Of a stretch of DNA of 64,000 nt, positions 51,430 through 63,384 are shown piece after piece. The first letter of the stretch is position 1; each line of letters opens with the position of its first letter. Where the stretch lies: NCBI GenBank assembly GCA_002633005.1, contig NMRA01000148.1, positions 768,072-832,071 on the forward strand, in the 5' to 3' direction. Below the pieces are notes generated by a model. That model was given only the letters and a program-made list of their open reading frames with translations. It was not told the DNA's origin and did no database searches. Source of the DNA: Phoronis australis. Taxonomy: Eukaryota; Animalia; Phoronida. The translations under genes and the position numbers were made by a program.

Positions 51430-52930
51430 AAAAATGGCCAGTAGATGGTGCAAAATCGACAAATCCATATGAAAACATATATGTCATCGAAGTTATTTAC
51501 CAATTTCAGAGAAATCTGTCATTCAACATGGAAATTCTGAGAAATCGAGGAAAACGGAAAAAACTGAAATTGCCATGTGGAAGATATGGTCGCAAAACAA
51601 AACAACTTCCACTACGAGGTGCCACAGTAGATGAAGTTCTCAGTAAATCGTCATCAACCATCCTCTTCACACTAACAATTTTCACAACATCCTTAGAGTG
51701 GTTTGGTTGACAGAGGGGTGGATGCCAAAAGTAGTAAAAATGGCCACTAGATGGCGCAAAATATGACGGATACATCTGAGAACAGGAATATGTCATCATT
51801 TCAATAGAAAGCTATTCATCAAATTTCAAAAAATCTGTCGAGCAGCTTCAGAGAAACGAAAGAAAACGGAAAAAATGAAATTGCCACTATGGGCACAGAT
51901 CCGTCTGAAAGTTGTTGTTCGTTGTCAGCTTCATAAGATCCTGTAGAGGGTTTAAAGGAGATACAGCCATGGGCGTAAAAAGAAACTGCCACAAGAAGGT
52001 GCCACAGTAGTCGAGGTCGCTGGAAAATCAATCAGCACATAAAAATACATGCCCATTTCCATAATCATTTTTAGAGTGGTTTGGTTGACAGAGAGATAGA
52101 CGCCAAAAACAGACTCGAAAACAGTAAAAATGGCTACCAGATGGCGCAAAATACCTCGAATCTGGAAAACCGAAAAGCAGGGGATAGCATCAACTCACTA
52201 ATAGATGCCTATCCGCCAAATTTTATGAAAGTCCGTTTAGGACCTTTGAAGATACAGTGGTAAACGTAAAAAAACTAAAATTGCCACTAGGGGGCACACC
52301 AGTAGTGTGATCCGTCCGAAATTCGTCATCATCCGTTCTCAACTTCATACAAATACACTAGCAAAATTTAATAAAGATAATCCTGTAGAGCGCCATGGGC
52401 ACAAAAACAAACAAAACTGCCACTAAGAGGTGCCACAGTAGTTAAAGTAGTCAGAAAATCATCGTCAGCTGCCCTCTTCTACACCGGGCGGCGCGCCAGA
52501 GGGGGCTGGGGGGGTTATAGCCCCACTTGTTCAGTGTTGCGCCGCCCATGTTCACAGTAAGAACACATATGCCAATTTTCACAATCATCCCTAAAGCGGT
52601 TTGGTTAATTGGTAGAAGGGCAGATGCCAAAAAACAAACTCAAAACAGTAAAAATGGCCACCAGGTGGCACTAAGTACCTCGAATCCATCTGAAAATGGA
52701 AGGATAATGTGATCTCAAAATAGATGCCTATAACTGCCAATTTTTATGAAAATCTGTTGGGAACCTCCGAAGATACAGAGGTTAGCGTAAAAAGTAAAAT
52801 TGCTACTAGGGGCACACCGGCACTCAGAAAGGTTCGAAATCTGCCGTTTATCCGCCATCAGCTTCATAGGAACACTCTGCCAAATCTCGAGATCCTGTGA
52901 GGCCAGCGGAGGGGTTTAAGAGATACAGCT
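51430..52930 (+). repeat. Degenerate complex tandem repeat with about 10 CTCF-like motifs; same family as 63385-64000
   Basis: Recurring blocks GTGGTTTGGTTGA, ACAGTAAAAATGGCCACTAGATGGCGC, AAATTGCCACTAGGGGGCAC and AACTGCCACTAAGAGGTGCCACAGTAG. A small GC-rich inverted-repeat insertion interrupts it at about 52484-52550. Confidence 0.85.
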
Positions 52931-52949
52931 GCAGAGGCCAGACAGAAAT

Positions 52950-53700
52950 GATGACAGTGAGTGCAGGTGGCCTGATTCCATTTGTGGTGCGACAGGCCTC
53001 ATAGTTCGGCCCATTGGCATTGCACAAAACACATCAGCTAGTAAAAGCACGAGAGCCCCGTTAACTTAAGGTTCTTCATGAAGGAAGTTTTCAAGTCTGC
53101 CTGTCTCCTTTAAGAAAACTGACAGATGTTTCCATTTTTTGCCATGCACTATTTGTTGTAGGCATGTAACAGTGCCATCCAGTAGGTTGCTCCTTAGACA
53201 ATGACCATCGGTCATCTCTACTGGCACAGCCAGTGGAGGATGGTCATTGTCTGATTGCTCTTTAGCCTATAAAGTTGGGCAAGACTCTACTAGATGTTAA
53301 AGGGGTTTCAACATCAGTACCACACTCCGGACACAATGGGCTCTCCATATGCCCAGTAATGTGTCTGTGTCAGGCTAGGTTACAGTGGCCCATCAAAATT
53401 TGGACAGGTCTTAAGCCCAATCTATCTAGACTATTGACAGGTTTTTTTGAGTCTTTTGGTTTGATCATGTTGGGAAAATTCTCCATGGTCTCTCTGCAGG
53501 AGTTGAGTGATGCTCACTGGGCTGCTGACTGGGTATGTAGCCGGTTGCATATATTTGGCATCCTGCAGCATCCGTAGGATACCGGGATAGCAGGTTCACA
53601 CAATGCAGAATGCTGGCTCCCATCTTTGCTAGTCTGTCTGCATTCTCATTGCCGTCAACTCCCACATGCGCCCTGACCCAGTGAGATATTTGACGGTTGT
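52950..53700 (-). mobile_element. 5'-truncated decayed LINE (I-group, LOA/R1-like): RNase H C-terminus, zinc-knuckle region and 3'UTR
   Basis: HWVRAHVGVDGNENADRLAKMGA (RNase H motif) is followed in a shifted frame by QILMGHCNLA*HRHITGHMESPLCPECGTDVETP. Confidence 0.8.
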
Positions 53701-54348
53701 GTGTGTAAGTCAAGTCATTCTATTGTGTTAAGCTCTGAGGTAGGTTATAGAACAGAAGTTAGACATATCAACAAAGAAACAGCAGTTGCAATTCGCGTTA
53801 TTTCTCTTTCTGTTGTAGGTAACAGATTTTTGCATTCAAACAATGAAATAGAGACAATTTTCAATGACGGATTAATAGTTTTTAAAATATGTAGTGTGTA
53901 AAATGGTCAGGAATTGACATTGCCATGAACAGGTAGCAGTTATCACTGGCACCCATCTCCTTTCCCTAATTCCCAAATAAAAGCTGCTTATAAATGTCCA
54001 GGCGCTGTGGTAATTAGTGGCTATTGTATACAATCCCAAGCATTCATAGTTGGTGGTTGGGAAATGAGATGTAGTGCCTAATGTTCGACGTCAAAAAGAT
54101 CAGTGAATGTAAAATTAGTAGTTTAATTAATCCAAGTTTAATTAATCCAAGTTTAATTAATCCAGAGACGACTTGGTACACAATAACATGCTTGATAACC
54201 TAGGATACAAACATGACCACCAGAGTGATAATCACATGCATGGTCCGAGTATGTCAAACACGCATATTCTACACATTGGCACATCTGAAACAAGTCCTAC
54301 CGATGTAGTTAAAAGTTATAATGCTATCCATTATCTGGTGTTCACAGG

Positions 54349-57320
54349 TCACAATTTCGAGAAACTGTTGAGTTCTTCTTTTCTAGTGTAACGCAAAGTA
54401 CAATAAAATATAGGTTTAGATTTGCGGTACGTTATGAACTTCACTGAATCCAACGACAACGGATCCTCCCAAAAACAAACTTCTAGATTATCACCTAAGA
54501 CACTTTCGCCAGCATAATACTTAGACAAATGGCTAACAGACATATTGGTAAATCTTGCTAGAGCAGAGTCGCCTGGCTGAGAGCTAACTGCATCAGTGCA
54601 GTGACGAAGATATGATGACTGATTAGAGTGTTTGTTTGCATCAATGTCCTGAGGAAGAACATCAACAAAGAACTTGTTATGACTCATCGCCAGGTCAAAT
54701 GGCTGTTGGTAGTCTTCAAGCTTACCATCATATTCAGTGACTGGAGAATACTTTATCACCGAATTCTTGATGTCCTCCGTAGGTTTACGTAGTTCTTTGT
54801 CAACGACAACCACACGTGTTTGTCCAAACAATATACACTTTCCATTGAAGAGCATTTTGAAGCCAGTATCAAATGATGACTGACCCACTCTGGCTAGGTA
54901 ATTGTGTACAGGAATACCAGAAAGAAGCTCGTCTCGCATGAGCTTGTGAAATTCTGGTTTGATGGTGCAGTTGGTTGCCACAACAAAATAAGAGATGTTA
55001 AGATCCTTGCCTAAATCTGTTAAAAACATGCGCAAGATATCCTTCAACAGAAACATACGATATGATTGCATGAGTAATGCCAGTCGCCATAGAACAACTT
55101 CTCCTGAAATGAAATACAACTATAAGAAGAGAGAATTCGCATAGCAGTTTGATGATTTGCATGTTTTTGACATCACTCTGTGGTCTGAAACATAAGAATC
55201 TTCAATCCTAGATGTCTCCGAGTAAGTAGATTCTGTTTTAACTGGACCTTACCTGTTAGTTACCAGTAACTTAATGATAGTGTCAACTACAACAATGTTC
55301 AGTCACGGATATTCTATGATCAAATCCAAAGTACATGATATGCATAAACGTTGTGAATCACATACTAAGGAAACTCATTGCCTCGATGTGTAAATTAAAG
55401 AATTTTGACCTCTCAACTCATTTCCAAGGGGGTGAAGGGGTGAAGAAAGAAAAGTAGTCCATAGTTGTTCCAACAAGGTGATGACACCAGTCTTCCAGTT
55501 TTCAGTCTCACAATGTTGTATTAAATCTGTTCAAGCAAATGAGACCAAAGGTCTGTTCACACGAGCACTTTAAAATGTCGCATAAAAGCAAACTTAAAAG
55601 GTTTTAGGCTCAAAACATTTTAAAACTTAAAAACACACTAAGTAGTAGGTTTAGCTAGGACATTTCAGGATAAAACGTTTTAAGTCTCCACGTGAAAGGC
55701 AAATGTTTTGACGGGAATATTTTAACATATCACACAAGCATTTTATTGCTCTTTTCCATGATAGCACTCACATGCATGTGCTCAATGTTGTTGCATCACA
55801 TACATACATGTGCTCAATGTTGTAGCATCACATACATACATGTTCCCAATCTTGTAGCCTAACACACATACATGTGCCCAATGTTGTAGCATCACACACA
55901 TACATGAGCCCAATGTTGTAGCATCACATACATACATGTGCCCAATGCTGTAGCATCACACACATACATGTGCCCAATGTTGTAGCATCACACACATACA
56001 TGTGCCCAATGCTGTAGCATCACATACATACATGTGCCCAATGCTGTAGCATCAAACACATACATGAGCCCAATGTTGTAGCATCACACACATAATTGTG
56101 CCCAATGTTGTAGCATCACACACATACATGTACCCAATGGTGTAGCATCACACACATACATGAGCCCAATGTTGTAGCATCACACACATAATTGTGCCCA
56201 ATGTTGTAGCATCACACACATACATGTGCTTAATGTTGTAGCATCACATACATACATGTGCTTAATGTTGTAGCATCACATACATACATGTGACAAATGC
56301 TCACATACATACATGTGCCCAATGTTGTAGAATCAAACACATTACATGAGCCCAATGTTGTGGCATCACACACATAATTGTGCCCAATGTTGTAGCATCA
56401 CACACATAATTGTGCCCAATGTTGTAGCATCACACACGTACATGTGCCCAATGTTGTAGCATCGCATACATACATGTGCCCATTGTTGTAGCATCACACA
56501 CATACGTGTGCCTGTTGTAGCATCACAAGCATACATGTGCCCAATGTTGCAGCATCACATACATACATGTGCCCAATGTGGTTTATTACACTTCGAGCAA
56601 CAATCAGCAATTACTGCCATTCATGTCCATTAAAACGATTTAGTGACATCACGTTTGATGTGTGACAGTGTGAGCAGAATGCATTTTAAAGCTAAATTGT
56701 TTTAGATAAATGCTTTAAATTTACGCTATTGTGAATCCAACTATAAAATTGAATTTTAGTGGTTAATGGGAACACAAAGCAAATAGCAGCATATGGACAC
56801 CGGAGAAGACATTTGGAAAAAGAGGCGAAAGCTAAAAACTCTTGGAATACTGAACTTACTACACACAAACTGTGCATCCTTAATGGTCAACAGGTGAGGC
56901 AGTGGAAGCAATGGCTGGTAGAAAAACGTTGAGTTTTGAATATCTAAAAGCTGCAAAATAGCCAATCCCTGATAATGACAGTAAAATCAAATTCAAACCA
57001 ATTTCAGGAAAAACAATAACCAAAATCGTCCATTTTATATTTTTCGATAGTATCAAAGGTACAATTCATGAAAATGAACATGATGCTAGGCCATGTACTT
57101 TCTGCCGTTTTCCAAATTTGTGAGATTTTACTGTTTTCCAATAGGAAATGAAAAAATCTGAATTTTGATAGATTAGTTATGTGTTCCAACACACCTGTTT
57201 TAGTGTTAAAGCCATCGTAGCCGAGAGGTACCATGGTTGAACATGACCATTGCGTTTTGTCACTGGATCGGCCATTCCCCACCCACACAGAGTAATTGTC
57301 TTTTCTCACAAATGATGGAC
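54349..57320 (-). CDS. Double-hotdog acyl-thioesterase-like protein, paralog B, with C-terminal PTS1 (SKL); 5' end unresolved
   Basis: Exon 57320-57195 (phase 1-1, ..VPLGYDGFNTKTG) splices to exon 55103-54349 (EVVLWRLALLMQSYR..RVGQSSF..VLPQDIDANKHSNQSSYLRHCTD..YAGESVLGDNLEV..FSKL*). DxDxNxHxN..Y is the 4HBT/acyl-ACP thioesterase-type motif. Confidence 0.72.
55769..56579. repeat. 32-bp minisatellite, about 25 copies
   Basis: Unit CATACATGTGCCCAATGTTGTAGCATCACACA with variants, inside the intron of paralog B. Confidence 0.95.
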
Positions 57321-57665
57321 CTATAAATTAGAAACGGTTGTGCATGAATAACAGGCAAATGAAAGAGATGAGAAAAAAAGTCGCTGTTTTAAGGATACAT
57401 CAAAACTTAGCTTTTGAGGTAATGTACTGTGGTTTGTAGTGGAACCATTTATTGGTTGTATTGGCACTGATGATTCTTGACTGAGGTTCAACAAAACATC
57501 TGACTGTACCCATATAAATTCAAATATGAATGTTATCGTGAAAAGTTTTGTCATTTCATATAGATACTAACTTGCCGCAAGGGGTCGCAACACACATCTG
57601 ATGTGTTCGATAAGCTGAAGAGAATCTGGAGAACTGTGGTGACCATTATGAAATAATATCAACCA

Positions 57666-58083
57666 CAGTCGAACCTTGTTACAACGCACATTAAGGGACC
57701 TTTGGAATTTGTACGTTGTAACGATAGTTCATTGTAACCATGGGAAGATATTTTTATAAGTCTTTTGTGTCTCGAAAGACTTCAGTCATAAACCCCCTTG
57801 CCACAGGCCTTCACGAATGCTCTTTTTGGCATTATGAGGTGGGTATACATTAGGTTTCATGTCCCTATAGTAACAGTAGTTCACTGTATACACAGTTCAA
57901 AAGTAAATGTTTGATAGTAGCCTAAGTGAGTGTGCATGTCCTTCCAACTATTGTAAAGGTGTATGTTATAAATGATTTTGACTAGAAACAAAATTCACTA
58001 GATTAAGTCAGAACTTGGAAGTATGCATATAATACTTAATAATAAACGTTCTACACAGAGTATGTTGTAATGAGGTTCGACTG
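57666..58083. mobile_element. Tc1/mariner-pogo (Tigger-like) MITE
   Basis: CAGTCGAACCTTGTTACAAC ... GTTGTAATGAGGTTCGACTG|TA terminal inverted repeats; TA on the right, CA on the left. Confidence 0.7.
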
Positions 58084-58349
58084 TATTTTGGCAGTACGTA
58101 ATGTAAAGGTTTGTGTTTACGCGGAACACAAAACTAACTGTGACAAGGTTTAATCCACACAGCGATTGAAGAGTAGCTCTAAAACTAAGATATCTTGTCA
58201 AAGTTTCAACAAAACAAATTTAAACTGTATCAAAACCATGGATCATACCAAATTGATCAACCAACTCTTCAGGTCATTCACAGAGTCTCCATTAAAAACG
58301 TTGTGTGTTTTTAAATTGTGTACTTTGTCAATGTGTATCTATACTACTG

Positions 58350-61300
58350 TTACACTACACTACCTTCGAAAAATTCCATTGAAAAGCTGGCGACGTGAAC
58401 ATCACGAACATCATACACAGTGAAGTAGAACACCAGATGGCTCCCTCTAGTGGAATAGCTCACTGAGATCTTCATATTGCCCCTACTATTGCTGACAAAG
58501 TACCTTCCACATATCTGCTTCACATATTTCAAACTGTCACTCTTCTGACATGCCCCAGCCAGAAAGCCACCATTGTCACATAGAACTAGTGCATCCATAC
58601 ATTTACGCACCAGTAGCGAGTCACTTGATGTAAAAGGTCGGTCATAATCACTGGGAAGAACACAAGTGTGAAACAACGTAGGTACACTGGTGATTGATGG
58701 CCAATCACAATTGTCAACAGCTTTAGGCAAGTGTTCATCTTCACTTAAACACAAAGCACCTTGAAGTTTCTCAGTAAGCCATGGGGGAAGGCGAGCAATG
58801 TTATCAAATTCTTGTTGGAACAACTGGAAACGAGACACGGCTGTAGCGTAAACAATCCTTTTCCTATTTGATTTTTGATCATGCAAGCTGAACAATTTCT
58901 GTTTCAGGACATAAGAATCTCTTGAAAATGAAGTAATGGAAGACCAAACATCAAAGCGTGGAATGGAGACAATGCTGGAATGTAAGTCCTCTTGTAAGTC
59001 ATAATCACATGTCACTGGTGTTAATTTATAGTCGTGAAGCCTTGAGTCACATAGCACAAAGGAGGGTGGCCTGAGCTGGAGAGTAGGTAGAACCCATCCG
59101 GCTTCAAACAGATCGCATATTTTGGATGACTTCCCAAGATCTAAAACAAAGGAATGCATGGAGATTATGAAAACCATTCAGTATGAAGTTAGGAATATTC
59201 AAGTGCTGTGAAGCTGCCTTCAGTAAAAATGTATTTTTGATTCATGCCACATACATAACATTATAAAGCTGACCTCAACTTGTACCTCACTTACACTAGA
59301 AGTGATTTTTGTGTTACACACCCGAACTGTGGGATGAGTATCCAGATTTCACTGATCGGCTTGCTAGTCTGGATACAGCCTCGTAGTTATCAGTTTGACA
59401 GCGATAGCAAGGGGAGAAAGTTGGCAAACCAATGTTTACATAGTTCAGCTCTCTCATTGTCTGCGTTCATCTGATATATAGCTCACGGAATCCAGCAATT
59501 ATGTTGTAAACAGTGCAACTGATGCTAAACTATACTTAAAAATACTATTTCCAAACGATGTTAAATAAATGTCATGAAAAAGATGTGTTTTATATGAAAT
59601 ACTATCACTAAAAGACTTTGAACAGAGAAAAACGGTTAACTTTCAGAGAAATTAGGCTTACTTTCACCTGCTGATTCGTTTGTATGACTGTAAGCTCTGA
59701 TCCACTTACTACGACAGCATTGTGTACCAACACAACAGGCTGGTTTGTCAAGTTTAATCGAACGTGATACAAGGTCAGAAATTTCTTGGTTTTAGCAGTC
59801 CAAGGGAATGGTATGTAAGGGCGCTTGGTAAGAAGTGGGAGTTCAACAACATAAGTGCTTAAAAGGTCATGACCAACTTGTTGAGACTGGTTCCACTGAG
59901 TAATTAGCAAGTTTCTTACCTTCACAAGCTCAGACATCGCATACTGACCTGAGACAGGAGCAAGATGAGGCCAGTTTTAAAATGGCAAGTAGCCTAAATC
60001 AAAAGTTAAATTTCTTCAAAAACTTTATATATAGCAGCTTTAAGAATCAAATCTTTAAATTGGTTATTCACTGAGGTTCAGTGCATGGCAATAACATTTA
60101 AATTTAGTCCATGCATTTGAATAGGTGTTAATACTGCATTTCCTTAGCATTTAGCTTAAAAAATGAATTAAACCACTTCTAAGCTCATAATGTTGGTCTC
60201 ATAATACTCCTTACTATGATAGTTCTGTTATCTGCAAGAACATCGAAACCATCAGCTACTCATGAAAACTCTCAAGAATTTTTTGGTGTTGGCCAAACCA
60301 TATGCAAATACAGAAATGGCATATGCACGCATTACTGTAACTTAAGTTGCCAGGTCATTTAGCAACAATTCGGATAAGTGTGGTAATGTTTCTAAACCCA
60401 AAGTGCTTCAGTTAAGAATTCAACACTGACAAGTAAATAGCGTGGAAATGCTCATTAATCTCAAGGTCTTCTGGAGTCAGTATACTCCTATGAATGGGAA
60501 AAACTGTGTAAGCTAGCAACTTTTCCCATCATAAGATGCTGCAGTAGTTGGCAGTTGAGAGACTGGATTCATATATAATGCAAATTAGTACATAACAAAG
60601 CATAACATACCCAAGACCTAATCTTCTATTTAGACTAGGTTCTGAGCTGAGCTATGTTCTGTAGACACAAGACATATAAGCTTACATACTCTTCTGGCGA
60701 AAAATCTCCGTACATGGAATGGAAACATTAAATTCTATCCCATAATCTGGCCAGACTGCATGCAACCGCGTGATGTGATTTTATTCGCGTTCAATTGGAA
60801 TAGAATAGTTGGTAAAACAAATCTGCAGGTCATTTACAAATTTAATTTACCACAGACCGAAAGTGACACCACTGAACTGCTGTAGTAATTCAAGGAGATT
60901 CTTCCATTTGGTCCAACTCTAGCCATTCTCTCCAAGAAATTACACCGAGTCAAAATGTGTTCACAGGAAAATCACCAATTAAACAGTTTTGTGAACTCGT
61001 GGTAAATATGCTGATTCATCTGTATGGTTCACAGATGGTGTAGCATGAATTTCAAATCTTAAAAGACTGAATATTGCTGGTTTGAACAAATGTGTTAGTA
61101 GATGAATAGGCCACACCCATTTTGTTTATCTAGTAGATGAATAGGCCACACCCATTTTGTTTATCTCCCGTTTAGAGTACAGTTGCTAAGATTTCGACGT
61201 AATCACTTATCTATGAACTCAGCAACCTGGGGATAATGGAAATTCCCAGCCCTGTTTTCGCTGAACTGAAAGTACTTTGGGACAACAGGATACATGACTA

Positions 61301-62784
61301 TCGGAAATGAGGACCAGAACCTCCACTGACTGGTTACTGCATGACATGAACCATCAAACTTACGGTTCCAGTCAATTTGAGCAATGGTGAGTCCAGGAAT
61401 CGTGACCCACACCTCACAGGGCCCTGCATCCTTAACTTGAGTTTTGAAGTATACTGGACGCTGTTGAGTTATTCTATTCATGCTCTTTGGCTGGAAAAAA
61501 TGCACCAGAATTAGTTCCTGAAACTACCTTTCTAGCATCTTGACAAGACAATTAACCAAAAGGTCATGAGGTCAAGACATAAAAGCTGAAGTGGTTGCAC
61601 TTTGTTAGTAGTTTCAGGCACTTTACTAAGCGAAATTGTCGTCATCTTCTAAAAGATGTCACTTTACCACTGAAATAAAAAATTGAACAAGTGGCATGTG
61701 CGCGTGTCACAAACGTACTATTTTGAAGTCGTCATCTGACTTTTCTTTGTTGCATGTACTGTAAACGGACATTCAAATCCAATTCCGGTCACCATGACAT
61801 GAAAATAGTGTTTAGGGACCTTAATTGCGACATCAAAGCGTAGACAAGGTGGTTTACCGCCAGGCAGTCTCTTATATAGGACTATCAAAGGAATTCTGGC
61901 AACAGCAAGGTTCACCCCAGATAAGCAGTAAATAATGCCTATTCCTAAAGCCCAAATTAATTGAGTGTGTAAATCTTTGTTAGAAAGTGGTGGGCCTGTA
62001 ATTACAATACACCAAATTAGGTTTATTGCCTTGGAAACACAAAGGGTGTGGTACTGTCAGAGCAAAAGAAGTGAAACTTAATTTGTAAATGCAACTTAAA
62101 ACTCATGACAAGTTAAGCTAGTGTTAGTTTTCATTTCCTGGAAAATACAATTAACACTTAAAATTCCTGGCTTCTTATCTCACATTCTCTGAACAGGTGG
62201 TCGTACTATGCGTGAGCTTAGAATCCTGCTTAATCTCACATTCGTACATGCCTGAATAACCAGGCAAATTTTTTGTTTAACGTTCACTGCAAAGATTTTT
62301 TGTAATTTTCTCCTTTTCTGGAACTTGTGTCACAGAATCACAGGAATATGTAAATGGTTAATAAATTTTTGATTGGGTCAGTGAAGTAAGTGAAGAGCTT
62401 GGTCAAAATTTAGTTTTCTTAATATGTAAACTGTTGCTTACCTGCAGTGCAAATTTTTATTAACGTGAATGTGATTGTTTGAGTCACTTGGCAAATTTCA
62501 TGGTGTATTCCAAGTTCACGAATACGCGATCTTGAGACTCCGAGTTAACCCTGAGCATTCCGCAGGCATACAGCCAACCGAGGGGCTAGGCTTACGCCTT
62601 ATGTTGCCTAATCATGCCACAGCATGCCGAATGGTTTGGACGCTCGACATCCGCACCGGCATGTGGATTTTTCAACACAATCATTTGCCACGTTTTAACA
62701 AGTTATTGTTGATGTGAAAAGTGCTCTGTCAGTGTTTAAACACAACACGGGCACCAGTGGTGTGACCGCATTCCCTACCTGCAT
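58350..62784 (-). CDS. Divergent double-hotdog thioesterase-like protein, paralog A, with a degenerate catalytic motif
   Basis: Putative exons 62784-62779 (ATG CAG|gt), 61490-61364 (..EVWVTIPGLTIAQIDWN, second ATG at 61481) and 59140-58350 (LGKSSKICDLFEAG..SFSRDSY..LPPWL..VLPSDYD..RKCMDA..). Phases are compatible and the layout is colinear with paralog B. Confidence 0.6.
61096..61166. repeat. 35-bp exact tandem duplication
   Basis: TAGTAGATGAATAGGCCACACCCATTTTGTTTATC x2. Confidence 0.9.
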
Positions 62785-62975
62785 TTTCTAGATTCGAAAA
62801 GACTCAACAGCTTAAAGTACATTTTGCTATCAGTGACCTTTGACTTTGTTCGGTGCGTTCATTTTCACGAAAGACGTCGCTCTAGTCATCTCGCGGAAAA
62901 ATATTGACCAATAGGTGTCAGGTCGATTAGACACATACTGAACATGTACTTGTGCACTTGATTTTTTCATATAAT
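62785..62975. promoter_or_regulatory. Candidate compact bidirectional promoter (thioesterase-like gene / ALKBH2)
   Basis: The divergent ATGs are only about 190 bp apart. The interval is CpG-rich, with E2F-like TCGCGGAAAA (62891-62900) and CCAAT (62908-62912). Confidence 0.5.
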
Positions 62976-63359
62976 ATGGATCGTTTTGTTGTGCGCCACA
63001 AGAGAAAACTTGATGGTGGCCAAAAACTCACCCGTGATGAGAGACCACATTCGCAAGAACCTAACACAAAGCTACGAGTTTTAGATTTAGAAGGAGCTGT
63101 TTTATGTTCCAAGTCTGACTCCACACTCTCCAAAGGTGTTGACGCTCATTTACCTCGCAAGCTTGACCAGGCTCGAGCAAACCAGCTCCAGTGGACAAGA
63201 ATTAGAAAAGAAAATTTAAGCTGTGATTACTGTATTCTTTATCGTAGAAAAGAAGCCGACTGCTTGTTTCAGCGCTGTGAGAAAGAACTTCAATTTTTCG
63301 ATGGACAATTGGCAAAAGTGCAAGTGTTTGGGAAATGGCACAACATTCCTCGCAAACAG
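62976..63359 (+). CDS. ALKBH2: AlkB homolog 2 DNA oxidative demethylase, first coding exon; the gene continues beyond the window
   Basis: N-terminal MDRFVVR (APIM PCNA-binding motif; human MDRFLVK) and WTRIRKENLSCDYCILY..EADCLFQRCEKE..LAKVQVFGKWHNIPRKQ, followed by a GT at 63360. Confidence 0.92.
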
Positions 63360-63384
63360 GTTCCATACGACCACAGGCATATGC

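Noticed and set aside
55769-56579. 32-bp periodic array resembling a CRISPR array
   Set aside because: Units are contiguous with no unique spacers, there are no cas genes, and the context is a eukaryotic intron.
59608-59937. 109-aa minus-strand ORF as an independent gene
   Set aside because: It has no recognisable domain and contains several splice-donor-like sites; at most it holds unassigned small exons of the thioesterase locus.
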